From an uncultured Pelagibacteraceae bacterium (GTDB lineage: Bacteria; Pseudomonadota; Alphaproteobacteria; Pelagibacterales; Pelagibacteraceae), in assembly GCA_902580485.1 (NCBI GenBank), contig CACHKS010000001.1, positions 16,959 through 80,958 of the forward strand: 64,000 bases of DNA, given 5' to 3'. Below the pieces are notes generated by a model. The model had not been told where the DNA came from, made no database searches, and saw nothing but the letters and a program-made list of their open reading frames with translations. A program made the position numbers and the translations under genes. Shown here piece by piece: positions 31,114 through 41,147 of the stretch. Position 1 is the stretch's first letter; the number at the start of each line of letters is the position of its first letter.

Positions 31114-33558
31114 ATGAGATTTAAAAATTTAGAAATCAATGGTTTTAAATCATTTTCTGATAAGACAACTTTTTTAATAGAAGATGGCTTAACTGGAATT
31201 GTTGGCCCAAACGGTTGCGGAAAATCAAATATTGTTGAGGCTTTAAGATGGTGTATGGGAGAAAATTCAGCTAAAAGCATGAGAGGTTCTGGAATGGAGG
31301 ATGTTATTTTTTCTGGAACTTCAAATAGGCCATCAAAAAATATTTCTGAGGTAGTTCTTTATTTAGATAATAAAACTAAAGAGGGTGCTTCTCAATATAA
31401 TGATTTTGACGAAATTACAATTAAAAGAAAAATAGAGAAAGACAAAGGATCAAAATATTTTATTAATAATAAAGAAGTAAGAGCTAGAGATGTTCAAACT
31501 TTTTTTGCTGACTTATCAACTGGTGCTCATTCACCTTCGCTAATAAGCCAAGGAACAATAGGTCAACTTGTAACTTCTAAACCGATTGAGAGAAGGTCAA
31601 TACTCGAAGAGGCGGCCGGTATTTCTGGCATTCATGCTAGAAGACAAGAGGCAGAAACAAGACTTAATGCTGCTGAAAATAATTTAAAAAGAGCTGACGA
31701 ACTTAAAAGACAACAGCAAAAACAACTAGATAATTTAAAAAAACAAGCCGAAGAAGCTTCGAGATATAAAGAAATATCTAAAGAAATAAAAAAAATTGAA
31801 GCAGGATTATATCATTTAAAAATTCAAGAAATAGAAAAAGATAAAAAGCAAATAATTGAAAGATTAAGTGAACTAGATGATGAAATAAGTGCAATAAATA
31901 TAGACTTCAATCATAATAATACTTTGTTGGAAGAAGAAAATAAAAAACTTGCTCCGTTAAGAGATAAAAAAATGGAAAGTGCAGCTAAAATTCAAAAACT
32001 TAATTTAGACATGACTAGTCTTGATGAGGAAGAGTCTAGAGTCAAATCATTACAAATAAAACTTGAAAAGTCTGTTAAAACAATTGAGTCAGATTTGGAG
32101 CGTGAACGAAGCATCTCTTTAGACGCTGACTTAAATGAAAAAAGAATTTTGCAGGAAAAGGAAGCTTTATTGAAAACTGAAAATGAGCTTATCGAAGTAG
32201 AATCAGAGTCTTCTAAAGAGCTTGGTAAATCAAAAATAAAATTAAATAATTTGCAGGATCAACTAGATGAATTATTGAATAAAATAGAAAGTTATATAGA
32301 CCAAGATAAAAAATTAACAAAAAATATTTTTCAAGAACTCAAACAATTAGTAAAAGAAATAACATTGTCTCAAGAGGAATATGCAGAAAAATATGGTAAA
32401 AATAAATCAATACAAAGTGACTCTATTAAAAGAAAAGAGAGAATTAAAAATATTGATATAGAGCTTGAAAATTGGAGAAATTTAAAATCAAATTCAGAAA
32501 AAATGGTTTTAGAACTAAATGAAAGAAAAAATAAAATTAGCATAGAGCAAGATGAGAATCAAAAAAATCCTGAACGAATAGCAACTTCAAAGGGACAGAA
32601 CCTGCAAAATCTAGAAAATACTAAAAAAAGAAATGAAGAGATTGAAACTGAATTACTTGAGGCTGAAAAAAAATTTTCTTTAATCAATCAAAATTTAAAA
32701 GAAATACAATTAAGATTATCAAACTTAAAAGAGAGTAAAGCTAGAAATGAGGCTACAACTGAAGGGATTGAAAACAGAAAAAAAGACTTATTATATTCTG
32801 TAAAAAATGAACTTAATATTGAAAATGAAAGTTCTCTATTGGCTCTGTCAGACTTAAGTAACTTATCTATTCAAGATTTTCCTAGCATTGATGACCAGGT
32901 ACAAAAAGTTGAGAAAATAAAAAAACAAAGAGAGTCTTTAGGTTCTGTTAATCTTCGAGCTGATGAAGAAACAAAAAAATACGAGTCAGAAATTAAAAAA
33001 ATGGAAGATGATAGAGCTGATCTCTACTCTGCAATAGTAAAATTGAAAGCTAGTATTGAGGAACTAAATCAAAAAGGGAGGGAAAGGCTTCTTGAAGCTT
33101 TTACAAAAGTTAATAGAAAATTCAACGAAGTGTATACAAAATTATTTAGCGGAGGGACTGCAAAAATTGAATTGGTCGACTCCGATGATCCTCTGGAAGC
33201 GGGTTTAGAAATGTTTGTTTCTCCTCCAGGAAAAAGACTTCAATCAATTACGTTATTATCTGGAGGAGAACAAGCTTTAACAGCATTATCTTTGGTATTT
33301 GCTGTTTTTTTAGTTAATCCATCTCCTATTTGTGTCTTGGATGAAGTTGACGCTCCTTTAGATGATGCTAACGTAACAAGGTTTTGTGGTTTATTAGATG
33401 AGCTTACAAAGATAACTAAAACTAAATTTATAATTATAACTCACCATGCGCTAACTATGTCTAGAATGCACAGACTTTATGGTGTTACAATGGCTGAACA
33501 AGGTATCAGTCAATTAGTTTCGGTAGACTTACAAAAGGCAGAAGACCTGGTGGCCTAG
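31114..33558 (+). CDS. smc: Chromosome segregation protein SMC, short form
   Basis: GFKSF, GPNGCGKSN, LSGGE, LDEVDAPLD, ITH. Confidence 0.93.
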   Translation: MRFKNLEINGFKSFSDKTTFLIEDGLTGIVGPNGCGKSNIVEALRWCMGENSAKSMRGSGMEDVIFSGTSNRPSKNISEVVLYLDNKTKEGASQYNDFDEITIKRKIEKDKGSKYFINNKEVRARDVQTFFADLSTGAHSPSLISQGTIGQLVTSKPIERRSILEEAAGISGIHARRQEAETRLNAAENNLKRADELKRQQQKQLDNLKKQAEEASRYKEISKEIKKIEAGLYHLKIQEIEKDKKQIIERLSELDDEISAINIDFNHNNTLLEEENKKLAPLRDKKMESAAKIQKLNLDMTSLDEEESRVKSLQIKLEKSVKTIESDLERERSISLDADLNEKRILQEKEALLKTENELIEVESESSKELGKSKIKLNNLQDQLDELLNKIESYIDQDKKLTKNIFQELKQLVKEITLSQEEYAEKYGKNKSIQSDSIKRKERIKNIDIELENWRNLKSNSEKMVLELNERKNKISIEQDENQKNPERIATSKGQNLQNLENTKKRNEEIETELLEAEKKFSLINQNLKEIQLRLSNLKESKARNEATTEGIENRKKDLLYSVKNELNIENESSLLALSDLSNLSIQDFPSIDDQVQKVEKIKKQRESLGSVNLRADEETKKYESEIKKMEDDRADLYSAIVKLKASIEELNQKGRERLLEAFTKVNRKFNEVYTKLFSGGTAKIELVDSDDPLEAGLEMFVSPPGKRLQSITLLSGGEQALTALSLVFAVFLVNPSPICVLDEVDAPLDDANVTRFCGLLDELTKITKTKFIIITHHALTMSRMHRLYGVTMAEQGISQLVSVDLQKAEDLVA

Positions 33559-33568
33559 ACAATAAAAA

Positions 33569-33853
33569 ATGACAACTCCTGAAGATTTTAAAACTCGCCT
33601 TAAAATTGCAAAATCGAAAATTAAAAAACAAATTATTTCAGAGAATGAAAAAAAAGGCTCTTTTATGGGCAATGCATTCAAATTAGGCACAGAATTAGTT
33701 GCAGCTGTTGGGGTTGGGACAATAATTGGGTTTATTTTAGATACTTGGTTTGGTACTAAACCTTGGTTAATAATAATTTTCTTTTTTTTGGGAGCTGCCG
33801 CTGGAATGTTAAACGTCTTCAGAACTGCTAACCGGATGCAAAAAGAGGATTAA
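33569..33853 (+). CDS. atpI: ATP synthase protein I (AtpZ/AtpI family)
   Basis: ELVA...IG..LD.WFGTKPW; first gene of the F0 cluster. Confidence 0.88.
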   Translation: MTTPEDFKTRLKIAKSKIKKQIISENEKKGSFMGNAFKLGTELVAAVGVGTIIGFILDTWFGTKPWLIIIFFFLGAAAGMLNVFRTANRMQKED

Positions 33854-33867
33854 TTTTAAGGATTTGT

Positions 33868-34602
33868 ATGGCAAGTAACCCAATGGAGCAATTCAGTGTT
33901 CATAAAATAGGACCTGAAATAAAAATTGCTGGAATAGATTTGTCTTTTACTAATGCTAGTTTGTTTATGCTTATTAGCTTGGCTTCTATTTTGCTTTTTT
34001 TATTCTTAGGAACAAAAGAAAAAAAAATAATTCCTGGCAAGATTCAATTAATCTCGGAGATGCTCTATAATTTTGTTGCTAAAATGATCAATGATACAGC
34101 AGGCTCTAAAGCTAAACCTTATTTTCCTTTTATATTCAGTTTATTTATGTTTGTTCTCTTATGCAACATGGTGGGTATGCTGCCTTACTCGTTTACAGTA
34201 ACAAGTCACATCATTGTAACCTTAATAATGGCATTGTTTATTTTTATTGCTGTAACCATAATAGGTTTTTTAAAACATGGTTTTAAATATTTAAGTATAT
34301 TCGTTCCCAGCGGAGTACCAGCCGTTCTTCTGCCTCTTATTACTGTAATAGAAATTATTTCATATTTAAGTAGACCTGTAAGCCTATCAGTTCGATTATT
34401 TGCAAATATGATGGCAGGTCACACAATGTTAAAAGTTTTTGGAGGATTCGTAATTAGTTTAGGAATATTAGGTGGTTGGTTACCACTTAGTTTTTCAGTA
34501 GCATTAACAGGTTTAGAAATTTTAGTAGCATTTCTTCAAGCCTATGTTTTTGCAATATTAACCTGCATCTATTTAAATGATGCATTAAATTTACATCATT
34601 AA
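33868..34602 (+). CDS. atpB: F0 ATP synthase subunit a
   Basis: RPVSLSVRLFANMMAGH, LQAYVF. Confidence 0.98.
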   Translation: MASNPMEQFSVHKIGPEIKIAGIDLSFTNASLFMLISLASILLFLFLGTKEKKIIPGKIQLISEMLYNFVAKMINDTAGSKAKPYFPFIFSLFMFVLLCNMVGMLPYSFTVTSHIIVTLIMALFIFIAVTIIGFLKHGFKYLSIFVPSGVPAVLLPLITVIEIISYLSRPVSLSVRLFANMMAGHTMLKVFGGFVISLGILGGWLPLSFSVALTGLEILVAFLQAYVFAILTCIYLNDALNLHH

Positions 34603-34608
34603 TTAAAA

Positions 34609-34615
34609 AAGGAGG
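34609..34615 (+). promoter_or_regulatory. Strong Shine-Dalgarno sequence for atpE
   Basis: AAGGAGG ending 4 nt before ATG 34620. Confidence 0.8.
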
Positions 34616-34619
34616 AAAA

Positions 34620-34847
34620 ATGGAGTTAGAAGCGGCAAAAATGATTGGAGCAGGTCTTGCTGCAATCGCATTAGCTGGAGCTGGCGTAGGTATCGGAATT
34701 ATTTTTGGTAACTACCTATCTGGAGCTATGAGAAATCCATCTGCAGCTCAAAAGCAATTCCCTAATTTACTTTTAGGATTTGCTTTAGCTGAAGCAACAG
34801 GATTATTTGGGCTTGTAGTAGCGTTGATTATTTTATTTGCATTTTAA
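34620..34847 (+). CDS. atpE: F0 ATP synthase subunit c
   Basis: GxGxGxG-like motif, RNP loop, conserved Glu in ALAEATG. Confidence 0.98.
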   Translation: MELEAAKMIGAGLAAIALAGAGVGIGIIFGNYLSGAMRNPSAAQKQFPNLLLGFALAEATGLFGLVVALIILFAF

Positions 34848-34858
34848 TTAAATAAATT

Positions 34859-35434
34859 ATGAAACACTATCTAGTTTTAATATTAGTCTTAACGACTTTA
34901 AAAACTAATTTGTTTGCAGCTGAGGCTGGTATGCCTCAGCTTGACCCAAAATATTGGGCTTCGCAAGCATTTTGGTTAATTTTAATATTCTCAATTCTAT
35001 ATATATCAATTGCTAATTTTTTTTTACCGAAAATAAAAAAAAATCTCGATGATAGAGAAAATAAAATAAAAGAAGATTTGGATGAAGCTAATAAATTGAA
35101 AAATTTATCAGAAAAAAAACTTAAAGAATATGAAGTCATTTTAGATAATTCAAAAAAAGAAGTTACAAAAATTTTATTAGAATCTAAAAATAATTTAAAT
35201 AAAGATATTCAGAATAAAAAAGACTCTATGGAAAAAGAAATTGAAAAAGAAATTTTAAAATCACAAAAAGAAATTTTACAAATCAAAAAAAGCTCTATTG
35301 AGTCTATCAGTACAATATCTCAAGAAATTGCATCAGATATTATTGAAAAGATGTCAGGAGATAAACTTAATGAGAGCAGTATTAAAGCTGTAGTAGAGGA
35401 TATCTCTAAAAAAAATATAGGTAAATATTTATGA
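34859..35434 (+). CDS. F0 ATP synthase subunit b'
   Basis: GMPQLD...SQAFWL then coiled coil. Confidence 0.92.
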   Translation: MKHYLVLILVLTTLKTNLFAAEAGMPQLDPKYWASQAFWLILIFSILYISIANFFLPKIKKNLDDRENKIKEDLDEANKLKNLSEKKLKEYEVILDNSKKEVTKILLESKNNLNKDIQNKKDSMEKEIEKEILKSQKEILQIKKSSIESISTISQEIASDIIEKMSGDKLNESSIKAVVEDISKKNIGKYL

Positions 35435-35928
35435 CAATTGATGCTACATTTTGGGTTGCTATCTCTTTTTTTATTTTTCTTGGTATCTTAGTCTACTTTA
35501 AAATACCTCAAAAAGTAAAAAGCGCTTTAGATGAAAATATAACTAATATTAAAAATCAAATAAATGAAGCTGAAAAACTCAAGGAAGAAGCAAAAAATAT
35601 CTTGGGTGAACATGAAAAAAAAATCAGTAATTCTAAAGCAGAAGTTAAATCAATGATTGATAAAGCTAATGAAGACTCTGAAAAAAATATTATTAAAACA
35701 AATGAAGAATTTCACAGATTAATGGATAATAGAAAAAAGAATGCTGAAGATAGAATAAAACAAATGAAAAACCAGGCGCTTAAAGATATTAAAAACGCCT
35801 CAGTAAAAATAGCTATAGAATCCGTTGAAAAACTTCTTAAAAATTCCATAGACAAAAGTAAATTAGACAAAATCTATTTATCAAGTATTGAAGAAACAAA
35901 ATTAGCACTTAAGAAAAAATCCAGTTAG
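35431..35928 (+). CDS. atpF: F0 ATP synthase subunit b
   Basis: DATFWVAISF TM then coiled coil. Confidence 0.93.
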   Translation: MTIDATFWVAISFFIFLGILVYFKIPQKVKSALDENITNIKNQINEAEKLKEEAKNILGEHEKKISNSKAEVKSMIDKANEDSEKNIIKTNEEFHRLMDNRKKNAEDRIKQMKNQALKDIKNASVKIAIESVEKLLKNSIDKSKLDKIYLSSIEETKLALKKKSS

Positions 35929-35945
35929 AATAGGCCATAATAAAT

Positions 35946-37412
35946 ATGGCAAAAAAAATAATAGTTATCGGCTCAGGTTTTGGTGGTTTGGCAGCATCAT
36001 TAAGATTAAAAGCTAAAGGTTATGATGTGACTTTAGTTGAAAAGCATCCTGATCTAGGAGGCAGAGCAAGAGTTTTTAAAAAGGGAGATTTTACTTATGA
36101 TGGAGGTCCTACTGTAATTACTGCTCCATATCTTTTTGAAGAATTATTTAATCTATTTGACAAAAAAATTTCGGATTATGTTGAAATAGTCCCTCTAGAT
36201 TTGTGGTACCGTTTTGTATTTAGTAATGGAGAAACTTTTGATTACTCCGGTAATGAAAATTCAATGGAAAAAGAAATCAAAAAATTTTCAGATAAAGATT
36301 TTAAAGGGTATAACAATTTAGTTAATTTTACTGAAAAAATTTTTAATAAAGGTTTTACAGATTTATCAGATAAACCTTTTAATAATCTTATTTTTATGTT
36401 CAAGCAAGTACCCTCACTGTTAAGTTTAAAAAGTTATAAGTCGGTTTATAAATTAGTTTCAAATTATATTGTTAATGAAAAATTAAGAAGAGTTTTTAGT
36501 ATGCACCCTCTTTTAGTAGGTGGAAATCCCTTTACTACTACTTCTATTTACACACTAATTTTATTTTTAGAAAAAAAGTGGGGGATTCATTACTCTATGG
36601 GAGGAACTGGCAATGTCGTTAAAGCATTAGAAAAATTAATGAAAGAGGAAAATATTAAAATTATTAAAGGAGCGGAAGTCACAGAAATTATTTTAAAGGA
36701 TGACAAAGTTGAAGGAATAAAGATTAATAATTCTAAAATGATTAATTGTGACTACTTAATTTGTAACTCTGATCCACCTAATGTTTATCAAAATTTAATT
36801 AAATCAAAACATAATTACAATTTTTTATTTAAACAAAAAATGAAAAGAATGGATTATTCTATGGGTCTATTTGTTTATTATTTTGGGTCGAAAAAACAAT
36901 ATAAAGAAGTAGCTCATCACACTATTTACTTTGGAAATTCTTATGAAAAACATTTAGATAAAATTTTTGAAAAAAAAATATTATCAGAAGACATTAGTTA
37001 TTATTTACATAGGCCTTCTGCAACAGATCCTAATATGGCTCCGCGTGGACAAGATGCATTTTATGTTTTGGTCCCAGTCCCAAACAATTTATCCAATATT
37101 AATTGGTCAAATGAAGGTGATAAATTTAGAAGTTTAATTTTAGACAAAATGGATAAATCTGTGTTGCCTGGAATAAAAGAAAATGTTGTCAGTGATTTTT
37201 ATTTGACTCCAGATTACTTTGAAAAAGACCTAGCAACATTACATGGTTCTGGATTTTCTATACAACCTAAATTCTCTCAGTCAGCTTATTTTAGATTTCA
37301 TAACAAATCAGAAATATTTAAAAATTTATATTTTGTAGGAGCTGGAACACATCCTGGAGCAGGGATGCCTGGAGTTCTCTCTTCTGCCAAAGTATTAGAT
37401 AAACTATTTTAA
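35946..37412 (+). CDS. crtI: Phytoene desaturase
   Basis: GSGFGG, DGGPTVIT, VGAGTHPGAGMPGV. Confidence 0.95.
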   Translation: MAKKIIVIGSGFGGLAASLRLKAKGYDVTLVEKHPDLGGRARVFKKGDFTYDGGPTVITAPYLFEELFNLFDKKISDYVEIVPLDLWYRFVFSNGETFDYSGNENSMEKEIKKFSDKDFKGYNNLVNFTEKIFNKGFTDLSDKPFNNLIFMFKQVPSLLSLKSYKSVYKLVSNYIVNEKLRRVFSMHPLLVGGNPFTTTSIYTLILFLEKKWGIHYSMGGTGNVVKALEKLMKEENIKIIKGAEVTEIILKDDKVEGIKINNSKMINCDYLICNSDPPNVYQNLIKSKHNYNFLFKQKMKRMDYSMGLFVYYFGSKKQYKEVAHHTIYFGNSYEKHLDKIFEKKILSEDISYYLHRPSATDPNMAPRGQDAFYVLVPVPNNLSNINWSNEGDKFRSLILDKMDKSVLPGIKENVVSDFYLTPDYFEKDLATLHGSGFSIQPKFSQSAYFRFHNKSEIFKNLYFVGAGTHPGAGMPGVLSSAKVLDKLF

Positions 37413-38260
37413 TGAACAGTAATTTATTAGAAAAACATGCAAAATCTTTTTACTGGGCTAGTTTTTTCCTATCTAAAGAAACATTTAATAAATGTTCATC
37501 TTTATATAATTTCTGTAGAACTCTTGATGATATTGTTGATGATGATAATAAACTAGAAGTTAAAAAAGATAATTTCTTAAAATTTAAAAATAATTTTAAA
37601 AAAAAAAATCTAAACAATCTAATTATTAAAGAAATGTGGTCGATTATCAATAGCGAAAACATTTCAGAGCAAGTTGTAAATGATTTATTTGATGGGGTTG
37701 AAACAGACTTAGAAGAAAGAGTGGAAATTAATTCAAAAACAGAATTATTGGTATACTCCTATAGAGTTGCTGGAACAGTTGGGCTAATGATGTCAAAGAT
37801 TCTAAAAGTAAAAAATAAAGAAGCTCTTAAGGGCGCCATAGATCTTGGAATTGCTATGCAACTTACAAACATTGCTCGAGACGTTTGTGAAGATAGAGAT
37901 CGTAATCGTCAATATATTAAACCTGAGTTTTCTGTAATTAAAGAAACAATAAATGAATCACTTATATTTTATGAAAAATCTTTTAATTCAATAAGTAGTA
38001 TACCATTGAGATCCAGATTTTCAGTAATAGTAGCAAGGCGTGTTTATAAAAAAATCGGTGATTATATTCTTAAACAAAAAAATACAGAAAATTATAATAA
38101 GGCAGGAAAAATTTATGTTCCAGTTTTTGAAAAAATAATTCAGACCTTTTTATCTATTATTGATTTTGTTAAGTTATTATTTGTTAAGAAATTAAATTAC
38201 GATAATCATATAAGCCATAATTTTTTAGAGAAAGAAATAAATTTAAATGAAAGAATTTAA
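37412..38260 (+). CDS. crtB: Phytoene synthase
   Basis: SFYWAS, LDDIVD, YRVAGTVG, QLTNIARD. Confidence 0.93.
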   Translation: MNSNLLEKHAKSFYWASFFLSKETFNKCSSLYNFCRTLDDIVDDDNKLEVKKDNFLKFKNNFKKKNLNNLIIKEMWSIINSENISEQVVNDLFDGVETDLEERVEINSKTELLVYSYRVAGTVGLMMSKILKVKNKEALKGAIDLGIAMQLTNIARDVCEDRDRNRQYIKPEFSVIKETINESLIFYEKSFNSISSIPLRSRFSVIVARRVYKKIGDYILKQKNTENYNKAGKIYVPVFEKIIQTFLSIIDFVKLLFVKKLNYDNHISHNFLEKEINLNERI

Positions 38261-39314
38261 CTTTGTAATAATTGGTGGTGGATGTGCAGGCTTATCATTA
38301 GCTTATGAACTTGAGATTAATGGAAAATTAAAGGATAAAACTTTAGCTATTATTGAGCCTCGTAAAGAATATAAAAGAGATAAAACTTGGTCTTTCTGGA
38401 GAGTATTTGATCATAATTTTGAAGATTGTGTAATAAAAAGTTGGAATAATTTTACAATAAACTCCTCAGAAAGTTCTATCGAATTAAGAAATAAAGATTA
38501 TCCCTACCAGAGTGTTGATAGTGGAAAATTTTATGAAAAGATCAATTCAAAACTTGCGTTTAATCAAAATATAAAATTTTTCAAAAATCTGAGTCAAATT
38601 AATTCAGAAAACTCAATTATCTTTAATAGTGTGTTCGAAGGTAAAATCAACAAATCAGAGTTATGGCAGCACTTTCAAGGAGTTGAGATTGAAACAACAA
38701 AGGATATTTTTGATGATGAGATTTTAAACCTAATGGATTTTAATTGTGATCAAAGAAATGATGTGCATTTTTTTTATACATTACCCTTTAAAAAAAATAG
38801 AGCCTTGATTGAAACAACTTGGTTGTCGGATTTAGAGGATCAAACTCTTATGGATTATGATTTACAACTGGAAAATTATATCAAAAATAATTTAGGGATA
38901 AAAAATTATAAAATAAATTTCACAGAAAAAGGAGCTATACCATTATTTTACCCTTCATTTAAAAATAATGATAAAAATATTAATATTGGCTCTGCCGGTG
39001 GAATGACTAGATTGAGCACTGGATATACTTTTTTGAATATTCAGGAGCATAGTAAATATATTGTAAGGAATATAGAGAAAATTGAAAAAATAAAAACATT
39101 TAATCTTGGAAAAAAATATGAGTTTTTAGATAAAGTATTTCTTCGAGTTTTAGAAAAACATCCAGAGAAAATGCCAAAAATATTTTCTGATATGTTCAAA
39201 TCTTCTTCAAATTCAATTATTAGATTTTTATCAAACAAAAGTAATATTTTTGAAGATATAAGTATTATAAGTAAAATGCCTAAATTAATTTTTATAAAAG
39301 CATTATTTAACTAA
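38247..39314 (+). CDS. crtY: Lycopene beta-cyclase
   Basis: GGGCAGL, TWSFW, LMDF, EKGAIP, STGY. Confidence 0.88.
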   Translation: MKEFNFVIIGGGCAGLSLAYELEINGKLKDKTLAIIEPRKEYKRDKTWSFWRVFDHNFEDCVIKSWNNFTINSSESSIELRNKDYPYQSVDSGKFYEKINSKLAFNQNIKFFKNLSQINSENSIIFNSVFEGKINKSELWQHFQGVEIETTKDIFDDEILNLMDFNCDQRNDVHFFYTLPFKKNRALIETTWLSDLEDQTLMDYDLQLENYIKNNLGIKNYKINFTEKGAIPLFYPSFKNNDKNINIGSAGGMTRLSTGYTFLNIQEHSKYIVRNIEKIEKIKTFNLGKKYEFLDKVFLRVLEKHPEKMPKIFSDMFKSSSNSIIRFLSNKSNIFEDISIISKMPKLIFIKALFN

Positions 39315-40219
39315 TGGAAAGAATAAATTTTTATCACTCAGTTATTTTTTTTAATTTATGTATTATGATAAGCCCGTTTTATCTAATACTAAATTTTGAA
39401 CCAATAATACTCTGTTTATTCTTAATATTAATTTTAGGAATTTCTCATGGAGCATTAGATAACATTAAAGGTAAAAAACTTTTTAAATTATTTGGCTATA
39501 AATCTACTATTTCTTTTTATTGTGTTTATATATTAATATCTTTTTTAATAATTATTTTCTGGTTGATATTGCCTAATTTTGTTTTATTTTTATTCCTAAT
39601 TGTTGCAGCTTATCATTTCGGTAAAGAAGATACAGTGTTTTCTTTTAAAGAAAAGTTTTTGATACCGGAATGCTTATTCTTTTTAAAAGGATCATCTGTA
39701 ATCGTGGCTCCATTATTGTTACAAAGAAGTGCAACAAATGAAATATTTAAAATTTTGAATTTTAATGTTTTTGAGTCTACAATTTTCAGTGATCAATTTT
39801 TAACAATACTATTATGTTTAAGTTTTTTATCATCTTTATACATTTCAAATGAAAAAAACTCCAACTTAAAAGGAATTATGATCATGGATTTTTCATCACT
39901 TATTATATTAAACTTTTTCTTAACACCTATTTTAGCTTTCACGCTTTATTTTTGTTTTCTGCATTCGATAAGGCATTCTATAACGTTAATTTTTGAGTTA
40001 GATAAATCTTTCAAATCAGGGATAAAAAAATTTATAAAAAGAGCAATTCCTTTAACTTGTGTCACTGGAGTAATATTTCTATTCGCAATATATTTTTTAA
40101 ATAATTTTTATAAGCTCGATGAGGCCATTTATAAGGTAATTTTTATTGGTTTGGCGTCCCTTACTTTTCCGCATATATTGTTAGAATACCTTTTAGAAAA
40201 AAATGAAAAAAGAACTTAA
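39314..40219 (+). CDS. blh: Beta-carotene 15,15'-dioxygenase (Brp/Blh)
   Basis: GISHGALD, YHFG, HSIRH, LTFPH; multi-TM. Confidence 0.93.
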   Translation: MERINFYHSVIFFNLCIMISPFYLILNFEPIILCLFLILILGISHGALDNIKGKKLFKLFGYKSTISFYCVYILISFLIIIFWLILPNFVLFLFLIVAAYHFGKEDTVFSFKEKFLIPECLFFLKGSSVIVAPLLLQRSATNEIFKILNFNVFESTIFSDQFLTILLCLSFLSSLYISNEKNSNLKGIMIMDFSSLIILNFFLTPILAFTLYFCFLHSIRHSITLIFELDKSFKSGIKKFIKRAIPLTCVTGVIFLFAIYFLNNFYKLDEAIYKVIFIGLASLTFPHILLEYLLEKNEKRT

Positions 40220-41147
40220 AATTTATTTAGCATCTCCTAGAGGTTTTTGTGCAGGAGTCAAAAGAGCTATAGAAATAGTAGATAAATCAATAAATAAATA
40301 TGGTTCACCCGTATATGTGAGGCATGAAATAGTCCACAACAAACAAGTCGTTGAAGATCTAAAAAAAAAAGGAGCTATATTTGTGAATGAACTTTCAGAT
40401 ATTAAAGATAACACTAGACCCGTAGTTTTTTCTGCACATGGAGTACCGAAAACAGTGCCCGAAGAGGCAAAAATTAAAAAACTTTCTTATGTAGATGCAA
40501 CTTGTCCTTTAGTATCAAAGGTTCATAGAGAGTCAGAGCAGCTATATAAAAATGGCTATGACATTATCCTAATAGGTCACAAAAATCATCCTGAAGTAAT
40601 TGGAACTATGGGACAGTTGCCAAAAGGAGCGATAACATTAGTTGAGACAATTAATGATGCAAAATCCCTGAACGAAAAAAGTTTTAGTAATCCAATTGCC
40701 TACATAACTCAAACAACTTTATCAATAGACGACACTGCTGAAATTATAGATTTATTAAAAAAAAAATTCTCCAATATTAAAGGACCAATAAAAGAAGACA
40801 TATGTTATGCAACTACTAATCGACAGATAGCTGTAAAAAAAATAGCTTCTAAATGTGACATGTTTTTTATAATTGGTAGCAGAAATTCCTCAAATTCTTC
40901 TAGACTAGTGGAGGTTGCTAAAAAAGCAGGATGTAAAAATTCATTATTAATGCATTCCGAAAAAAAAATACCTTTTAATGATATTGCGAATTCAAAAATA
41001 ATCGGTATATCATCAGGAGCTTCTGCCCCAGAACATTTGGTGCAAAACTTAATTAAAGAAATAGAAAAAGATTATATTGTATCTATCGAAGAAGTAACAG
41101 TAGCTGAAGAAAAAGTAGTTTTCAAATTACCTAAAGAATTAAATTAA
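40203..41147 (+). CDS. ispH: HMBPP reductase
   Basis: PRGFCAGV, DATCPLV, ICYAT, SSNS. Confidence 0.97.
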   Translation: MKKELKIYLASPRGFCAGVKRAIEIVDKSINKYGSPVYVRHEIVHNKQVVEDLKKKGAIFVNELSDIKDNTRPVVFSAHGVPKTVPEEAKIKKLSYVDATCPLVSKVHRESEQLYKNGYDIILIGHKNHPEVIGTMGQLPKGAITLVETINDAKSLNEKSFSNPIAYITQTTLSIDDTAEIIDLLKKKFSNIKGPIKEDICYATTNRQIAVKKIASKCDMFFIIGSRNSSNSSRLVEVAKKAGCKNSLLMHSEKKIPFNDIANSKIIGISSGASAPEHLVQNLIKEIEKDYIVSIEEVTVAEEKVVFKLPKELN

